This document shows positions 13,075 to 26,634 of a stretch of 64,000 bases of DNA, in pieces. A program made the translations under genes and the position numbers. The notes beneath the pieces were generated by a model that saw only the letters and a program-made list of their open reading frames with translations, made no database searches and was not told where the DNA came from. The DNA is from Octopus vulgaris (taxonomy: Eukaryota): the NCBI GenBank assembly GCA_951406725.2, contig OX597820.1:111972001-112036000 (forward strand). The letters are read 5' to 3'. Each line of letters begins with the position of its first letter. Within the stretch, counting starts at the first letter, position 1.

Positions 13075-14214
13075 GCAAGCAATTCACTCTGTCAGAAATT
13101 TGGAAATGGCATGCTGTACTGCTTGGCATTCGTGCCAGAAGCTCCAATGCGAACATTTCAGTGTTTGGGTGTCGATCTGAGGACAGTACAGAGGATTTGA
13201 AAAGAGTTGGATGAGTCTAATGGTGATTACAAAGGTACAGCAAGTTGGGAAACTCACTCTTATTGTTCTGATAAGAAAAGAACTGAATTTGTTGGTGAGA
13301 TCCAGGCCATGATTGACGACGATCCCTCGAAGTCAATCAGGTCCATCGCCAGGGACATAGGAGTGTCTGAGTTTCTTATCATTGAAGACATTCGGTATTC
13401 CTCATACAAGATGAGAAGAGGCCAATTTTTATCCCAAGCCATCAAGGACAAGAGGAAAGACTGCACTATGAAGCTTTTGAACAAACTTAAGTATCCCCTT
13501 CAACTGAACATGCTTTGGTTTTTCTCAGACAAGAAAAATTTCTGCCAGGATCAGATGGTGAACACACAGAGCAACTGTTGGCTTGCTGTGTCTCCAAAAC
13601 ATGCACTGAGAGTGATAAAAATCAAATATCCAGTCAACATCATGGCGTTTGGAGTGATCACCTGTGATGGCAATATTATGCCTCCATTCATCTTCCCACA
13701 TGGCCTCACGCTCAACACAAAGGCCTGGAAGAGGTAGTGCTGCCCTGGCTCAAGAGGGTGGCTGCTGGAAGATCCTACATCTGGCAACGTGACTCTTCAC
13801 CATACCACACAAATAAGAGAACCTAGTCATGGCTGTCAGACAATTTCTGCGACCACACCACAACCCCTAACATCTGGTCATATAACTCTTACTGCGACCT
13901 CCTTGATTATTGTGTGGGGCAAAGTTGAGTGAGTGACCAACATAACTCTCTGTAACACCAAAGACGAACTGAAGGCAAGGATTATGGCAGCATTCACCAA
14001 CTTAAACAAGGAGACCATCCAGAAGAGTTGTAGGAGATTCTGAAGTCGTCTGGAGGCCGTGGTTGAAGCCAATGGTGATTTTATTGAATAAATTTACTTT
14101 TTAGTATTTCAAAATATTTTTATGTAATTTTGGTAAATATATCTGTTAAAATGAGATGTGAGTGTTATTTTCATTTCTGCATAATTTAGATGACAAATTA
14201 TTCACCGCACCCTG
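13075..14214 (+). mobile_element. Decayed maT-like transposase, copy 2, with right end
   Basis: DPSKSIRSIARDIGVSE helix-turn-helix, WFFSDKKNF, IMAFGVITCDGNIMPPFIFP; ends CACCGCACCCTG|TA. Confidence 0.8.
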
Positions 14215-14901
14215 TATATGTATGTATATCATCAAAATATTTATTTGTGTAGGTGGAAAGATAGCTAAGTATATAATGCTCAGAAATGGATGTATGTTGA
14301 CGTCAACACATATATGTGTCTAGAACATACCAACAACTGAAAATTTTCATTAGTAACATAGATAAGAATAACAGGAACCCACTTCCCACAATCGTATACC
14401 AGTACATGATTCATAACCTACAATACAACGACAACAGCAATACTGTTCACAAGAACTGTAGTTTATAAAATTTCATCTACTCTCACAGAATATTCCTCAA
14501 ACACAAAGGTAAACATGAGCAACACAAAGAAGAGATATGAAAAACTTGGAAATCACTGATTAATCATTAATGTAGTGAATATATATTTTTATCACTTAGT
14601 GCAAGACCCTTTAGTAATTGGATTTTTTTATTTACATTTCAAAAGGTGATTTTTTTTTATATATGTACTAGCAGAGATACCTGGCACTGCTCAAGATTAA
14701 AATGTTATAGTTTTTTAATGTTTTTCTTGCTTCGGTCATGTGATTGCAGACATGCTGGAGCACTGCCTTTAGTTAAAGAAATCAACACCAAGATTTATTT
14801 TTTGTAAGCCTATTCTATCAGAGTGCTTTGACAAATGGCTATGTTACAGGGATGTAAACACAACATTGGTTTTCAAGCGATGGTGAGGGTACAAACACAC
14901 A

Positions 14902-15004
<103 letters not shown>

Positions 15005-15039
15005 GTGAAAAGGAACACACGAGTTGATATATATGAAAA

Positions 15040-15855
15040 AAACAAGTCAAAATAGAAAATGCTAAAATAATTTTATAAAGAACATTTCAGTACCGGTTTC
15101 GGTCATTTTGAGACCTTTTCAACTGTAACGATTAAATAATTAAATTTAGAAAAATTAGAAGAAAAGTTTTTTTAAAGGAATATTTGTATAGTTTTCAAAT
15201 TTTAGTGGCATTCTGCCTTTCTCTGACTCCCTTGTTTGCACTTGTGTGTTCGAGGTCGTTGTGAATTCTTGGTAGGGTAGAAGGAGAAGAGGGATGATGA
15301 GGAGAAGGGGTGGAGAAATTTGGGAGTGCCTTGATTGTCGTATTTTGAATGGTCAGTTGCAGTTCAATTCAGGAGAATATTTCTATTGAACGGTTTGTTT
15401 ATGGAATTTGCGTAGGCGTTATACTAGAGAGCATTAGTGATAAAGTTAAGAGGTAGAAGGTGGAGAAAAAGAAGAAGAAGAAGATGACGATGTTGATGAT
15501 AATGAAGAAGGAGAAGGAGAAGAAGAAGATGATGATGATGGTGGTGATGATGATGACGATGATGATGATGATAATGATGATGATGAAGAAGAAGAGGAAG
15601 AAGAAGAAGAAAACAGAGAAGGGAGAATATGAATGGGTGAAAGTAGTGAGGTGTTGTATGACTTGAAGTTGGCATGTTATGGATTATAGCTGTGATTGGG
15701 GCTGATTAGTAATGGATTCTTTGGAATGTAATATTTGTGTGTGTATATTTCTTTTATTCTAAAGTTGAGGTATATTAATTGTTTGTCGTAGACCCGTTAA
15801 GAAGTGGCCTGTATTTTGTAATAAAGAGAGTTTCTTTACTTATTCGTTGTCTCGA
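15040..15855 (-). mobile_element. Penelope-like element 3' remnant
   Basis: RQRISKETLFITKYRPLLN (GIY-YIG C-terminus) at ~15790-15855 and a hammerhead-like motif at 15083-15130; GAA/GAT microsatellite in between. Confidence 0.6.
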
Positions 15856-16738
15856 GGTTGTATCGTCAAAACCGTCCAAGGGTGGTCGTGCACATCTTTA
15901 CATTTCCCCAGTGACTTTTTTGTGAATTTTCTATCCAAGACCGAATCAAATTGCCCAGAACTTGATACGCCAATTGAATGCCAGCTAGCTGTATGTGATT
16001 GGTCGGAAATTTGGACAGTACTCGCATGTATATGCGCACGCACGCAGCTGTATATGCCTATCATATATGTATAAATATCTATGTGTATGTGTGTCTTTCT
16101 GTTTGTGTTTGTCCTCCTCCTCCTCCACCACCACTTGATAACTGCTGTTGGTGTGTTTACGCCACTGTAACTTAGCATTTTGGCAAAAGAGACTAATAAA
16201 ATAAGTACTAGAATTTGCATATGTATGTATTGAGGTATGTATGTGTGTATGTATTTATCCATCTGTCTGTCTGTCTATCTCACAGTCTATTTTCCTGTCT
16301 ATGCATGTATGCATGTGTGCAATTAAACTGGTGCTCCCACTTGAATATTAATGCTACTCTTTGTGAGAAGGGTGTCTGGACACGCAGCAGGACTAAAAAC
16401 AAGGCCTGTTGAAAGACAAATGAGTTTCTTGTGGGCCAACAATCATCCAGTTGGCAAAGGCAATGGTACACCATCTCAATATCTCTGTCAAGAAAACACG
16501 AGATAGTCAGAATGAAGTAATGCTATGACTTCATCTGATGGGGAACATGCACTTAATCAGGGAGACTTTTGTTGTAGTGTCATTAACACACTGTACAAGC
16601 ATATGATTGTTGATGATGATACACACCCACACACACATATATGTACACACACACATATATATGCACACACATATATATACACACACATACATATGTGCGC
16701 ACACACACACACACACATGTATATATGTATACTATCAG

Positions 16739-17492
16739 AAATGTACAGTATTATATATCTATCATGGCTGGTCTTACCAATACAATGGAATGTTAGGTAA
16801 CAATCTAATTATATAACCTTATGATCATCAGTGTTAGCTGATATGTAAGGGAATATGGCAACAGCTTTCAATTGTCTGAGATGAATTGACACATCCGGTT
16901 TGAAGTTGCTGTGAACTAAAACAAGGTGGACACCCATTAAATACACTTTCTCCCACCACCCCAACATATACCCCTTCACACACATTGTACTCCCATATAT
17001 ATAAGCCCCCCACACACACACATTGTACACTGCACTCTAGCATAAAAAAACCCACATGACTTTAACCTACACAGAAAGAAAACAGATTTACGAACACATT
17101 TATATATTGCTACTCCCCTGGAGAAAATTATACATGTGACACCACTACACATATTACATACCCCATCCGTACAGGAGCGCAACTCTAAATAATGCATACA
17201 TTTCCCACAAACACTTCAAGATAACTCTTACTGGCTTTACAGGGAATCCAACCAAGGGACAGAACTCCTAACCTATCCCCTGCTCTTTTTTTTTTCACCA
17301 TTCAGCAACCACAAAAGGATGTGTCAATTCACTTCTGACAATAGAGAGCAGTCACCATATTCCCTTCCATATCGGCTAACTCTGATGAGTGTAAAGTTAT
17401 ATAATCGAATTTTTACCTAACACTCCATTGTATTCCTAGTGCAAAACCGATTGGTATGTTCAGCCGTGATGGATATATAACATTGTACATTT
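16739..17492. mobile_element. Inverted pair of Penelope pLTR-like segments
   Basis: 16739-16896 is a diverged reverse complement of 17317-17492; each has CTGATGA. Confidence 0.6.
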
Positions 17493-17572
17493 TGGATAAT
17501 ATACCCACTCTATTGACAGACATACAAGTGCATCTTTTCCATGACTTATGGACTCTTAAATGATTCACATAT

Positions 17573-17885
17573 ACCAGGTCATCCCATAAGTTCTGTCTGA
17601 TTTTACCTTTTATAAAATTGAATGAAATTTAATAGTATTTTAAAATGTCTAATGGAATTAAAAATTATTTTTATGCATTTGTGTACATTTAAACTAATTA
17701 AATATTATTTTACAGAATAACAGAATTAAAATTTCTTTGATTAAAGCCCTTTCTAACATGGAAGTATCCAAAGAGAATTTAAGGAACATAATGCTTTATG
17801 AGTACAAAAAAGGAAACTCTGCAGCCCAAGCAACTCGAAACATACACTCAGTTTATGGGAAAGAATGCTTGAATGAAAGAACTTG
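17573..17885 (+). mobile_element. Mariner left end and transposase N-terminus, truncated
   Basis: TIR-like CCAGGTCATCCCATAAGTTC; MEVSKENLRNIMLYEYKKGNSAAQATRNIHSVYG from 17758. Confidence 0.75.
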
Positions 17886-17949
17886 TATCTATTGACGATG
17901 AAATCACAGTTATTATTACTGCACAAATCATTAATTTGTCTTTGTCAGT

Positions 17950-19292
17950 TTGATTATTCTGGGTAGAAGTAGGGGTTCACCAAGGATCAGTCCTCAATCC
18001 CCTTTTGTTCATCATAGTCTATCAGGCAATATCATAGCAATTCAAGACAGGCTGCCTCTGAGATCTCCGCTATGCTGATGACCTTGCCCTAATAGCTGAA
18101 TCACTATCAGAACTAGAGAAGAAGTTTCAGGTGTGGAAGCAAGGTCTATAATCAAAGGGCCTTAGAGTTAACCGAGCAAAAACCAAAGTCTTAGTAAGTA
18201 AGAAGGCTGACTAGTCACAAATCATTTCAGGTAGATGGCCCTGCTCGATCTGTAGAAAAGGTGTAGGTAGAAACTCTATACTCGGTGTAAGCTATGGATA
18301 CATAAGAGGTGCAGCAATATCAAAGGAAGGTTAACTGGGAAGATAGTTCTCGTGTGTGGGAGATGCACAGGGGCAAACACTGAATATGTGCAGAAAACAG
18401 CTTCCATCACATGCCAGGGGCAAAAACTAGTAGTTGATAGCTTCCATTACCTAGGTGGCCAAGAATTCTAGCTGCTAGAATAAGAATAGGCTGGGCAAAG
18501 TACAGAAAGCTCCTACCTCTGCTGGTAACAAAGAATCTCTCGTTCAGAGTGAAAGGTAGGCTGTATGATGCTTGTGTGTAAACAGCCATGCTATATGGCA
18601 GTGAAACATGGGCTGTGACTGCTGAGGACATGCATAAGCTTGAAAGAAACGAAGCTAGTATGCTCTGTTGCCTGTGCAATGTCAATGTGCATGCATGAAA
18701 GAGTGTAAGCACCCTAAGAGGAAAGCATCAGATGTGGTGTGCAAGAGAGACGACTGTGCTGGTATGGGCATGGGATATGTTTGGATGAGGACAGCTGTGT
18801 GAAGAAGTGTCATGCCCTAACAGTGGAGGGAACCTGTGGAAGAGGTAGACCGAGGAATGAGGTGGTGAAGCATGACCTTCGAATGTTGGGCCTCTTAGAG
18901 GCAATGACAAGTGACCAACCTTTGGAGATATGCCATGTTTGAGAAGTCAAGTGAGATTGTATTTGTGGCCAATGCCAGTGTTGCATAACTGACCCATTTA
19001 AAAGCACTCTTCAATTGTCAGGCAATATGCTGTGCTTGTGAAGACCTGCTGGACCAAGTAAAATCATAATCATGGCTGATGCCAATGCCACCTGACTGGC
19101 TCCTGTGCTGGTAGTATGTAAAAATCACCCACTACATTCTTGGAGTGGTTGGCATTAGGAAGGGCATCCAGTTGTAGAAACCTTTTCAAATCAGATCGGA
19201 GCCTGGTGTAGCCTCCAAGCTTGCCAGTCCCCAGTCAAACCATCCAACCCATGCCAGCATGGAAAGCAGATGTTAAATGACAATGATGATGA
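17950..19292 (+). mobile_element. 5'-truncated RTE LINE (RT core, Cys-rich insert, C-terminus, 3' UTR)
   Basis: VGVHQGSVLNPLLF, RYADDL, QERRLCWYGH, GRGRPR, tail ending (GAT)n; several stops. Confidence 0.9.
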
Positions 19293-19294
19293 TA

Positions 19295-19325
<31 letters not shown>

Positions 19326-21364
19326 GAGAGAGAGAATGAGAGAGAAGAGGAATGTCTTTTTAGCATTTAAATATGTTAAATTTTCTTCATTTTTTGTTCC
19401 TTTTTGTTTTTATACATTTCGACCACCACCTTTGTGATCCTGTTGTGAATCCTGTTGTATATGCCCTTCCCACTATGCATTTCCCATACCTCATCCACTC
19501 ATTTTTCCTTTCTTCCTTCTAGACTATCGTTATCTAACCTATCTTAGATTACTTTAATACTTGAACTCTAGCCTGATATTCATGAGAAAGTAGCTATTAA
19601 TAACTGGCCAATTAGAATAATACATTTTAATACAAATAAATTGCTATTTTCTGTATCAATTATTGATCATGCCAGCCAGACAACCTGCAATCACACACAC
19701 CTGGCTACAGGTATATACTTACACTCATACATAACATACATTAATGCTATTCACTTCCTCCACCACTCACACAATTAAACAGTCTCACACACACAAACTC
19801 ACAAATCTAAAAATCAAAAGCAATCAAACCGTTTAACACTACCTCACCACATCCTCCTCCTTTTCACTAACAAGGCAACCCAGAATGCAAAACCTGAGAT
19901 GTTATCTCCAATTTTAACTGCCACGTTTAGCTTGAAGATTTCCTTTTGCTCAGGTGTAAACAATTGGTAACCATGAGACATTGAGACACTTGCAGTTGCT
20001 ACAATTTAGTTTTCTGTGCAAGTCACCTGTTTGGAGTTCTCTGTGTCTCAGGAATAACACTCCTAAGTTCATCATACCCACCATCGTTGTCGTTGTTGTT
20101 GTTGTTGCCATTGCTGTCACCGTCATCATTGTCATAACGTTCACTTTTCTATGCTTGCATGGGTCAGATGGAATTCATTGAGGCAGATTTTTCAGTAGTT
20201 GGATGTTTTGACTGTGTTGTGTTTCTTTAGTGAAAGTTACCTCCATATGAAATCATGTGTAGTTGGTTGCATGGGTGTACTTGTTCTCTATTTATTATGA
20301 TTACCTGTATGTATGTATGTATGTATGTATATGTGTGTGTATGTGCATGCATGCGTGCACACATGTGCATGTTTGATACATATCATTAAACACACACACA
20401 TATACATTCTTTGTGCTACAGCCACAAGGCCTGACATTCTGAGTGAAGGGTGCTAGTTGATTATGTTGGGTCCAATACTCAACTGGTACTTATTTTATCA
20501 ACCCAAAATAGGATAAAAGTAAAGCTGACTCTGGTGGAATTTGAACTTGTCACATATACATTGATCTAATATGTTTAGAAAGAAATCATAAATTTTTATT
20601 CCATTGAAAACTTTATAACAGAAATGACATCTTGAAAGTATTTCAACTCTAACATAAACAGATTGTGCATTGCTTATATGAAACATATAAAGGGTATAGT
20701 AATAATAATTGTGCTAAGCAGTGTTGAGAGGTTAATAATCTTTAAGTTAATTCAAATAGTCTTGTGACATATTTTAACTTTTGAAGGCAAAATCACTGAA
20801 TTTTACCATGGAGAACAAAATTCTTACTTATGGCAAGGGGGTATGAAAACAGCTTATTTGCTCAGTATTTACCCCTATTGGACTCACACACATTTCTGGC
20901 TCTTTAACCCTCCTCAGTAGCTGATATTGAAGAGAGATAACCCTGGGCAGATAGAAGCCATAGCTTTATAATGGAACAATCAATATCAGCAACTGAAATT
21001 ACAAATTTGACTTTATTAAAATATATAAAAGTATAAATGAGTGGAATAGTTGTTGAATCTGTATGCGAACAACAACCTCTAGTACAAGTCAGAAAGGACC
21101 ATGACATCGATAAGACATCGGACATTCACCCAATTTACAAGTATCTTTTTATCTTTTACTCGTTTCAGTCATTGGACTGTAGCCATGCTGGGGCACTACC
21201 TTGAAGCATTTTATTCAAATGACTTGACCACAATACTTCTTTTTAAGTCTCTTTTCCCAAACCAATAAGTTATAGGCACATAAACAAACTAACACTGGTT
21301 GTCAAGTGACACCTACCCAACCAAAACACACCTCTGTGTGTTTATGTGTGTATATATATATATA

Positions 21365-21491
21365 CAGGGTGTCCACAAAATCTGGGTACATGGAGTAAAT
21401 AAAATCATAACATAAACAATTAAATATAAGAAATAATAATTTCTTAAAGTATGTGTTAATCCCCATGTACCCAGACTTTGTGGAAACCCTG
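21365..21491. mobile_element. Tc1-type MITE in a TA tract
   Basis: TA|CAGGGTGTCCACAAAATCTGGGTACATGG ... CCATGTACCCAGACTTTGTGGAAACCCTG|TA. Confidence 0.85.
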
Positions 21492-23058
21492 TATATATAT
21501 ATATATATATTTATATGATACATGCCTGATGGGCTTCTACACTGTTTCCACCTATCAAATTTACTCACAAGTCTATAGTAGAAGACACTTGCCAAAGGTG
21601 CTGCACTGTGGAATTGAACATGAGACCATATCGTTGCAAAGCGAGTTTCTTAAACCACACAGCCATAATCTTTACATAAGTGGCTACTGACATTAATCAA
21701 ACTGAGTTAATTAGTGTTTTATGTCATATTTTGTAGGTATGAAACAGCTTGGAATTTTGTAGATCTTTGGGAATTCTATGTTTCATCACCATTGTTGTCA
21801 TCATCACCACCACCACTAAAGGAACCTATAATTACCAAGACTAATTAAATTGACTTGGCATAACTGCAGATCTGTTACCAGCCCCCACCCTCCACAAAGT
21901 CTGTTTCCTAATAACTTTCTAGAAAATGCAAATGTTTTAATGAAATTTTCCAGAGATATATTTTTGATGGTATAAGTTTAGGGTTTTTCAATAATTGTTG
22001 TGTAAAATTTCTTTGAAGGACTAGAAGAATTTCAGATAATAATCTCACACCTAGATTTGTTACTTCATAATGTTCTGAAAACTGGATATTTTTAATGAAA
22101 TTTCCTACAAATATGTTTCATGATAGTTTCATAAGATGTAGATAATGATATAATCAGATAATGTCAGAATCTGATGTGAAAAAAATTGGGGATGAGGTTG
22201 GATGGTCACGTTTTTGGACTTTGTTTTCTAATACACTTTTATGAGGATGTCCTGCCTCATTTTTTATTTTTTTATATCAAATTCCTTTGTAATAGTAATT
22301 TACACCATCTGAAATGTATTTGTTGAAAATTTCATTAGAAAATATTCATTTTCTGAAAGTTTTGAGGTAAAAAAAGCAGTTGGGGTGGGGAGGTGCACAT
22401 ATCTGTAGTAACACCAGTGACTAAATGATTGTTTGAGAGTATTTTTTTATAAACAAAAAAACACCATATTCTTTTATTCCCTTATTCTTTTACTTGTTTC
22501 AGTCATTTGACTGCAGCCATGCTGGAGCACTGCCTTAAAAGGTTTTTAGTTAAAGAAATTGACACTAGGACTTATTCTTTGTAAGCCTAGTACTCATTCT
22601 ATTTAACTGTTTTGCAGAACTACTAAGTTACAGGCAAGGGCCTTGTTTCAGTGGGGTACTAGGAAACAAGTTACTGCATTTTTCCATCTTTTGGCCCCTA
22701 CGTTTCCCCAGTTATGTGTTTTCAATCAGTTTTGAATTTTGTTCGTTTGATATTTATATCCATTTGCTAAAAATTAAGGAAGATCAATTCATCAATAATT
22801 TGAATGAGAATTGTATAACATTTTTATATGTATTTGTCTCACTAAGCGAATATAGATAAATAAACAGTACAATTTTTTTATCAAACTCACAAGGGAAATG
22901 CAAACAATTTAATTTTCTACTCTTGAATTTCAGCTGCTTCTGTTTTTTGCGTAGTATATAATATCTTCAATTGTTAACATCTCAGACAATATTTTCATTG
23001 ATCACAACACTTATATAAAAAAATCACCTTTTTCAAGTGAGTTTTTGCTGCACATGTA

Positions 23059-23100
<42 letters not shown>

Positions 23101-23251
23101 GCTTTTTCAAAGATAGTTCAATCAGGAAGAGTTCATTTGCAAACACACGTACACACTCATATATATAACATCTTTTAAATTGCATTTTCAAACCTTCTTT
23201 CGTATATAATTCCACTCGTGCGGTACCCCAAAACTCCACTTTGTTATATAT

Positions 23252-24120
23252 ATATGATGCATGTGTGCAGACAGCCATGCTACATGGCAGTGAAACATGG
23301 GCCATGACTGCTGAGGACATGCGTAAGCCTGCAAGGAATGAAGCTATCATGCTTCGCAGTATGTACATATATGTGCATACATGACAGAGTGTAAGCACCC
23401 TGAGAGGAAAGTTGGATATAAGAAGCATCAGATGTGGTGTACAAGAGAGGATACTGCACTTGTATGATCATGTGTTGCATATGGATGAGGACTGCTGTGT
23501 GAAAATGTGTCACACCCATTTTCAGTAGAGGGAACCCGTGGAAGAGGTGGTGAAGCACGACCATTGAATGTTGGGCCTCATGGAAGTGATGACAAGTGAC
23601 CCAGACCTTTGGAGATATGCTGTGCTTGAGAAGACTCGGCACGCCAAGTGAGACTGTAACCTTGGCCTATGCCAGCGCAGCATAACTGGCCCATTTAAGA
23701 GTACCCTTCAATCATTGGGAAATAAACTGCACTTGTGGAGACCTGTTGAGTCAAGTGAAGTCATTTTCATGGTCGATGACAGTACTGCCTGATTGGCACC
23801 CATGCAGGTGGCACATAAAAAGCACCATTTGAGTGTGATCGTTGCCAGTGCTGACTGACTGGTCTTATGCCAGTGGCATCTAAAAAGCACCATTTGAGTG
23901 TGGTTGATGCAAGTACTGCCTGACTGGCCTCGTACTGGTGGCACATAAAAAGCACCCACTGCACTCTCGGAGTGGTTGGCATTAGGAAGGGATCCAGCTG
24001 TAGAAACTTTGCCAAGTCAGATTGGAGCCTGATGCAGCCTTCTGGCTTGCTAGCCCTCAGTTAAACCATCCACTCTATGTCAGCATGGAAAGTGGACATT
24101 AAACGACAATGACTATGATG
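23252..24120 (+). mobile_element. 5'-truncated RTE LINE 3' end
   Basis: Homologous to 18565-19292 (AMLHGSETW, 3' UTR subrepeats, GAT tail). Confidence 0.85.
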
Positions 24121-24773
24121 ATATATATGTGTGTATGTGTGTGTGTATACATATATATATATATATATACACACACACATACAGTCCCACTGAGAATGTG
24201 GGTCGCCAGGGTGGCGCCCCAAAGCCCATGTGTTTAAATGGCTCACAAGCCAGATGAAGAAAAAAATACGAGGGTGTTCCTGAAATGAATTTAAAAAAAA
24301 CAAAGAAAATAAATGAAAGAGGCTTGTCAATGAATTCCCTAGGGAGATAAAAGAAAACTGAAAGAAATTAAAGAAAATAAAAATAAGAACATGTGAACTA
24401 TGACAACAGTTATATGAACAACTTCAACAGAAATGACGAGAAAAAGAAGCAATGGTGGGTGCATACTTATACATTCATGCATACATACATACATACATAC
24501 ATACATAACTACATACACATATTTACACACATAGGCTGGCGTTGGTGGTTGATGAGGTAATAAAATCTGGAGGCAAAATTCTCTCTTAATCAAACAAAAA
24601 AAAACCCATAAATCATGGGAAACACCAAAATTGAAAGCGACCTGAGTAAAATTAAAGGGGCTCATTTTGTGAATGAAAAAGACTAGATCCTAAATCATGC
24701 CAACATACTTATAGGCACATGTACACACTCTTAAATAAAGATGCATGCATGTATACAAATATATAAATGTGTA

Positions 24774-25737
24774 GGATCTAGTCTTTTTCATTCACAAAAT
24801 ATCCATTTTTTAAAAGACAGTAAAAAATTTGAAAATTGGCTATATTAATGTAGTTTTCCAGTCTAATTGCTATGAAGGTATGATTTTGTGGAGAAAAAAA
24901 TTGGAGGAAAAAGTTTTACAGGTTTAAAAATCAAAAACTGTGTACTTTTAGTCAATAGCAAGACTGAAATTTTCTGTGTTTCTTTAAGGTTTCTAAAGAA
25001 ACTTTATGGCTTCTAAAGAAACAGAAATACCTAATAAAATCTGCCTGTATCATATGTTTCTTTTGTCTCTTCATTGATTGTATGTTTTTATTCTTTTAAT
25101 TTGTTATATTAATATATTTGTCTGCATGGGTTTACTTTATCCGTATTTCAGTATTATGTATACCTGTCATTAATATATAAGTGCATGTGTGTGTGTGTGT
25201 GAAAAGGGGGCATCTGTCTCCCAAACTTCAAAGTTGAGTAACATTTTCATGCTTGGATTTGTAAGCTACGATAAGAATATCATTGGTCAACAAAGAATTT
25301 GTCTCAAGAAAAAGAATACCTGTATCTTTATATGTTTTTGCATGCAGAATTCAAAAATAATGTCAAATTATCTGTACCTTCACATTGCAATCAACTTTTG
25401 CTATATATGAAAAATATGTAAAATATTAAGACAATTGACAAAAAATATCTATAATAAAATCTCTTGGTGTGAACATTCAACACAACAACCAGGTGAAAAA
25501 CAACACAACGTGTGGTTGTCATGGTAACAAGCTGCTAATGCCTCGCTGTCTGTTGATTGACTAAAATTACACAAATTTCCCAACTCTAATTCCAAATAAC
25601 ATCAGATTCTTTAATTTATGAGATAAAGTAAATGGTTGATCATAATCAAAATTTGGAGTTGCATCAATACACCCAAATTGAAAGCAATCTGAGCAAAATT
25701 AAAGGGGCTTCATTTTGCGAATGATAAAGACTAGATC
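24774..25737. mobile_element. Non-autonomous TIR element, with a second right end nearby at ~24620-24690
   Basis: GGATCTAGTCTTTTTCATTCACAAAAT versus ATTTTGCGAATGATAAAGACTAGATC. Confidence 0.65.
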
Positions 25738-26223
25738 TAATATATAGCTATATGCATACGTAAATGTATGTATATATGTAGATTTATATGTATATATTAC
25801 ACACATATGTGCAATGTGGCTGTGTTGTAAGAAGCTTACTTCTCACCACATGTTTCCTGGTTCAGTCCTGCTGCCTGGGCTGATCAAAGCTCTGTGAGTG
25901 GATTTGATAGACAGAAACTAAAAGAAGCCCATCATGTATATGTATATATATTGAGAATAACAAGGTAGTCAGAATATATGTTATTCTCAATATACAATAT
26001 CTGTACATCACTTCAAAAACCCTCTACATATGTGTGTATGTATATATATATATATATACATATGTATATATGTCTGTGTATATCCTTGCATTTGTGTTTG
26101 CCCTCCCACCAACGCTTGTTGGTTTGTTGACGTTCCCATAACTTGCCAAGGCGATACTCCAGCATGGGCATAATCCAAAGACAGAAAAAAAGGCAACGTG
26201 TATATATGTGTGTGTGTGTGGAA

Positions 26224-26634
26224 CAGGGGTCTCAAACTCAAGGACACAAAAGGGCCATTATGTCTTGGAGGAGGGGCACAGTGGGCTAAAAGGGGTGGCG
26301 GGTGATGATTTTTATCAGTTATAATCCTTTCTACTACAGGAACAAGGCCTAAAATCTGGTGCTGGTGGTGGGGGTCTAGTCAATTACACCAATCCCAGTA
26401 CACAACTGGTACTTAATTTATCGACCCCAAAAAGATGAAAGGCAAAGTTGAGATTGGCAGAATTTGAACTCAGAAGCTAAAGATGGAAAAAGTGCTGCTA
26501 AGCATTTCACCAGATGAGCTAAGGATTCATCCAGCTGGGCACCTTATTTTCACCAGTTATAAGGCTATCTGATATACTGGTTCTACCACAGGCCATAGAA
26601 AAGTAGGTCATGGGCCGCATGTTTGAGCCCCCTG
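26224..26634. mobile_element. hAT-type MITE with nested SINE A (26324-26545)
   Basis: CAGGGGTCTCAAAC ... GTTTGAGCCCCCTG termini; SINE flanked by CAGTTATAA direct repeats. Confidence 0.7.

Noticed and set aside
15424-15675. His-rich and Lys/Met-rich ORFs
   Set aside because: Translations of GAA/GAT trinucleotide tracts
20880-21000. Another hammerhead (CTGAGGA on the minus strand) beside a 16-bp hairpin
   Set aside because: Stem I and cleavage triplet do not fit
21845-22425. Old foldback element
   Set aside because: Inverted similarity is visible but too decayed to fix ends or family
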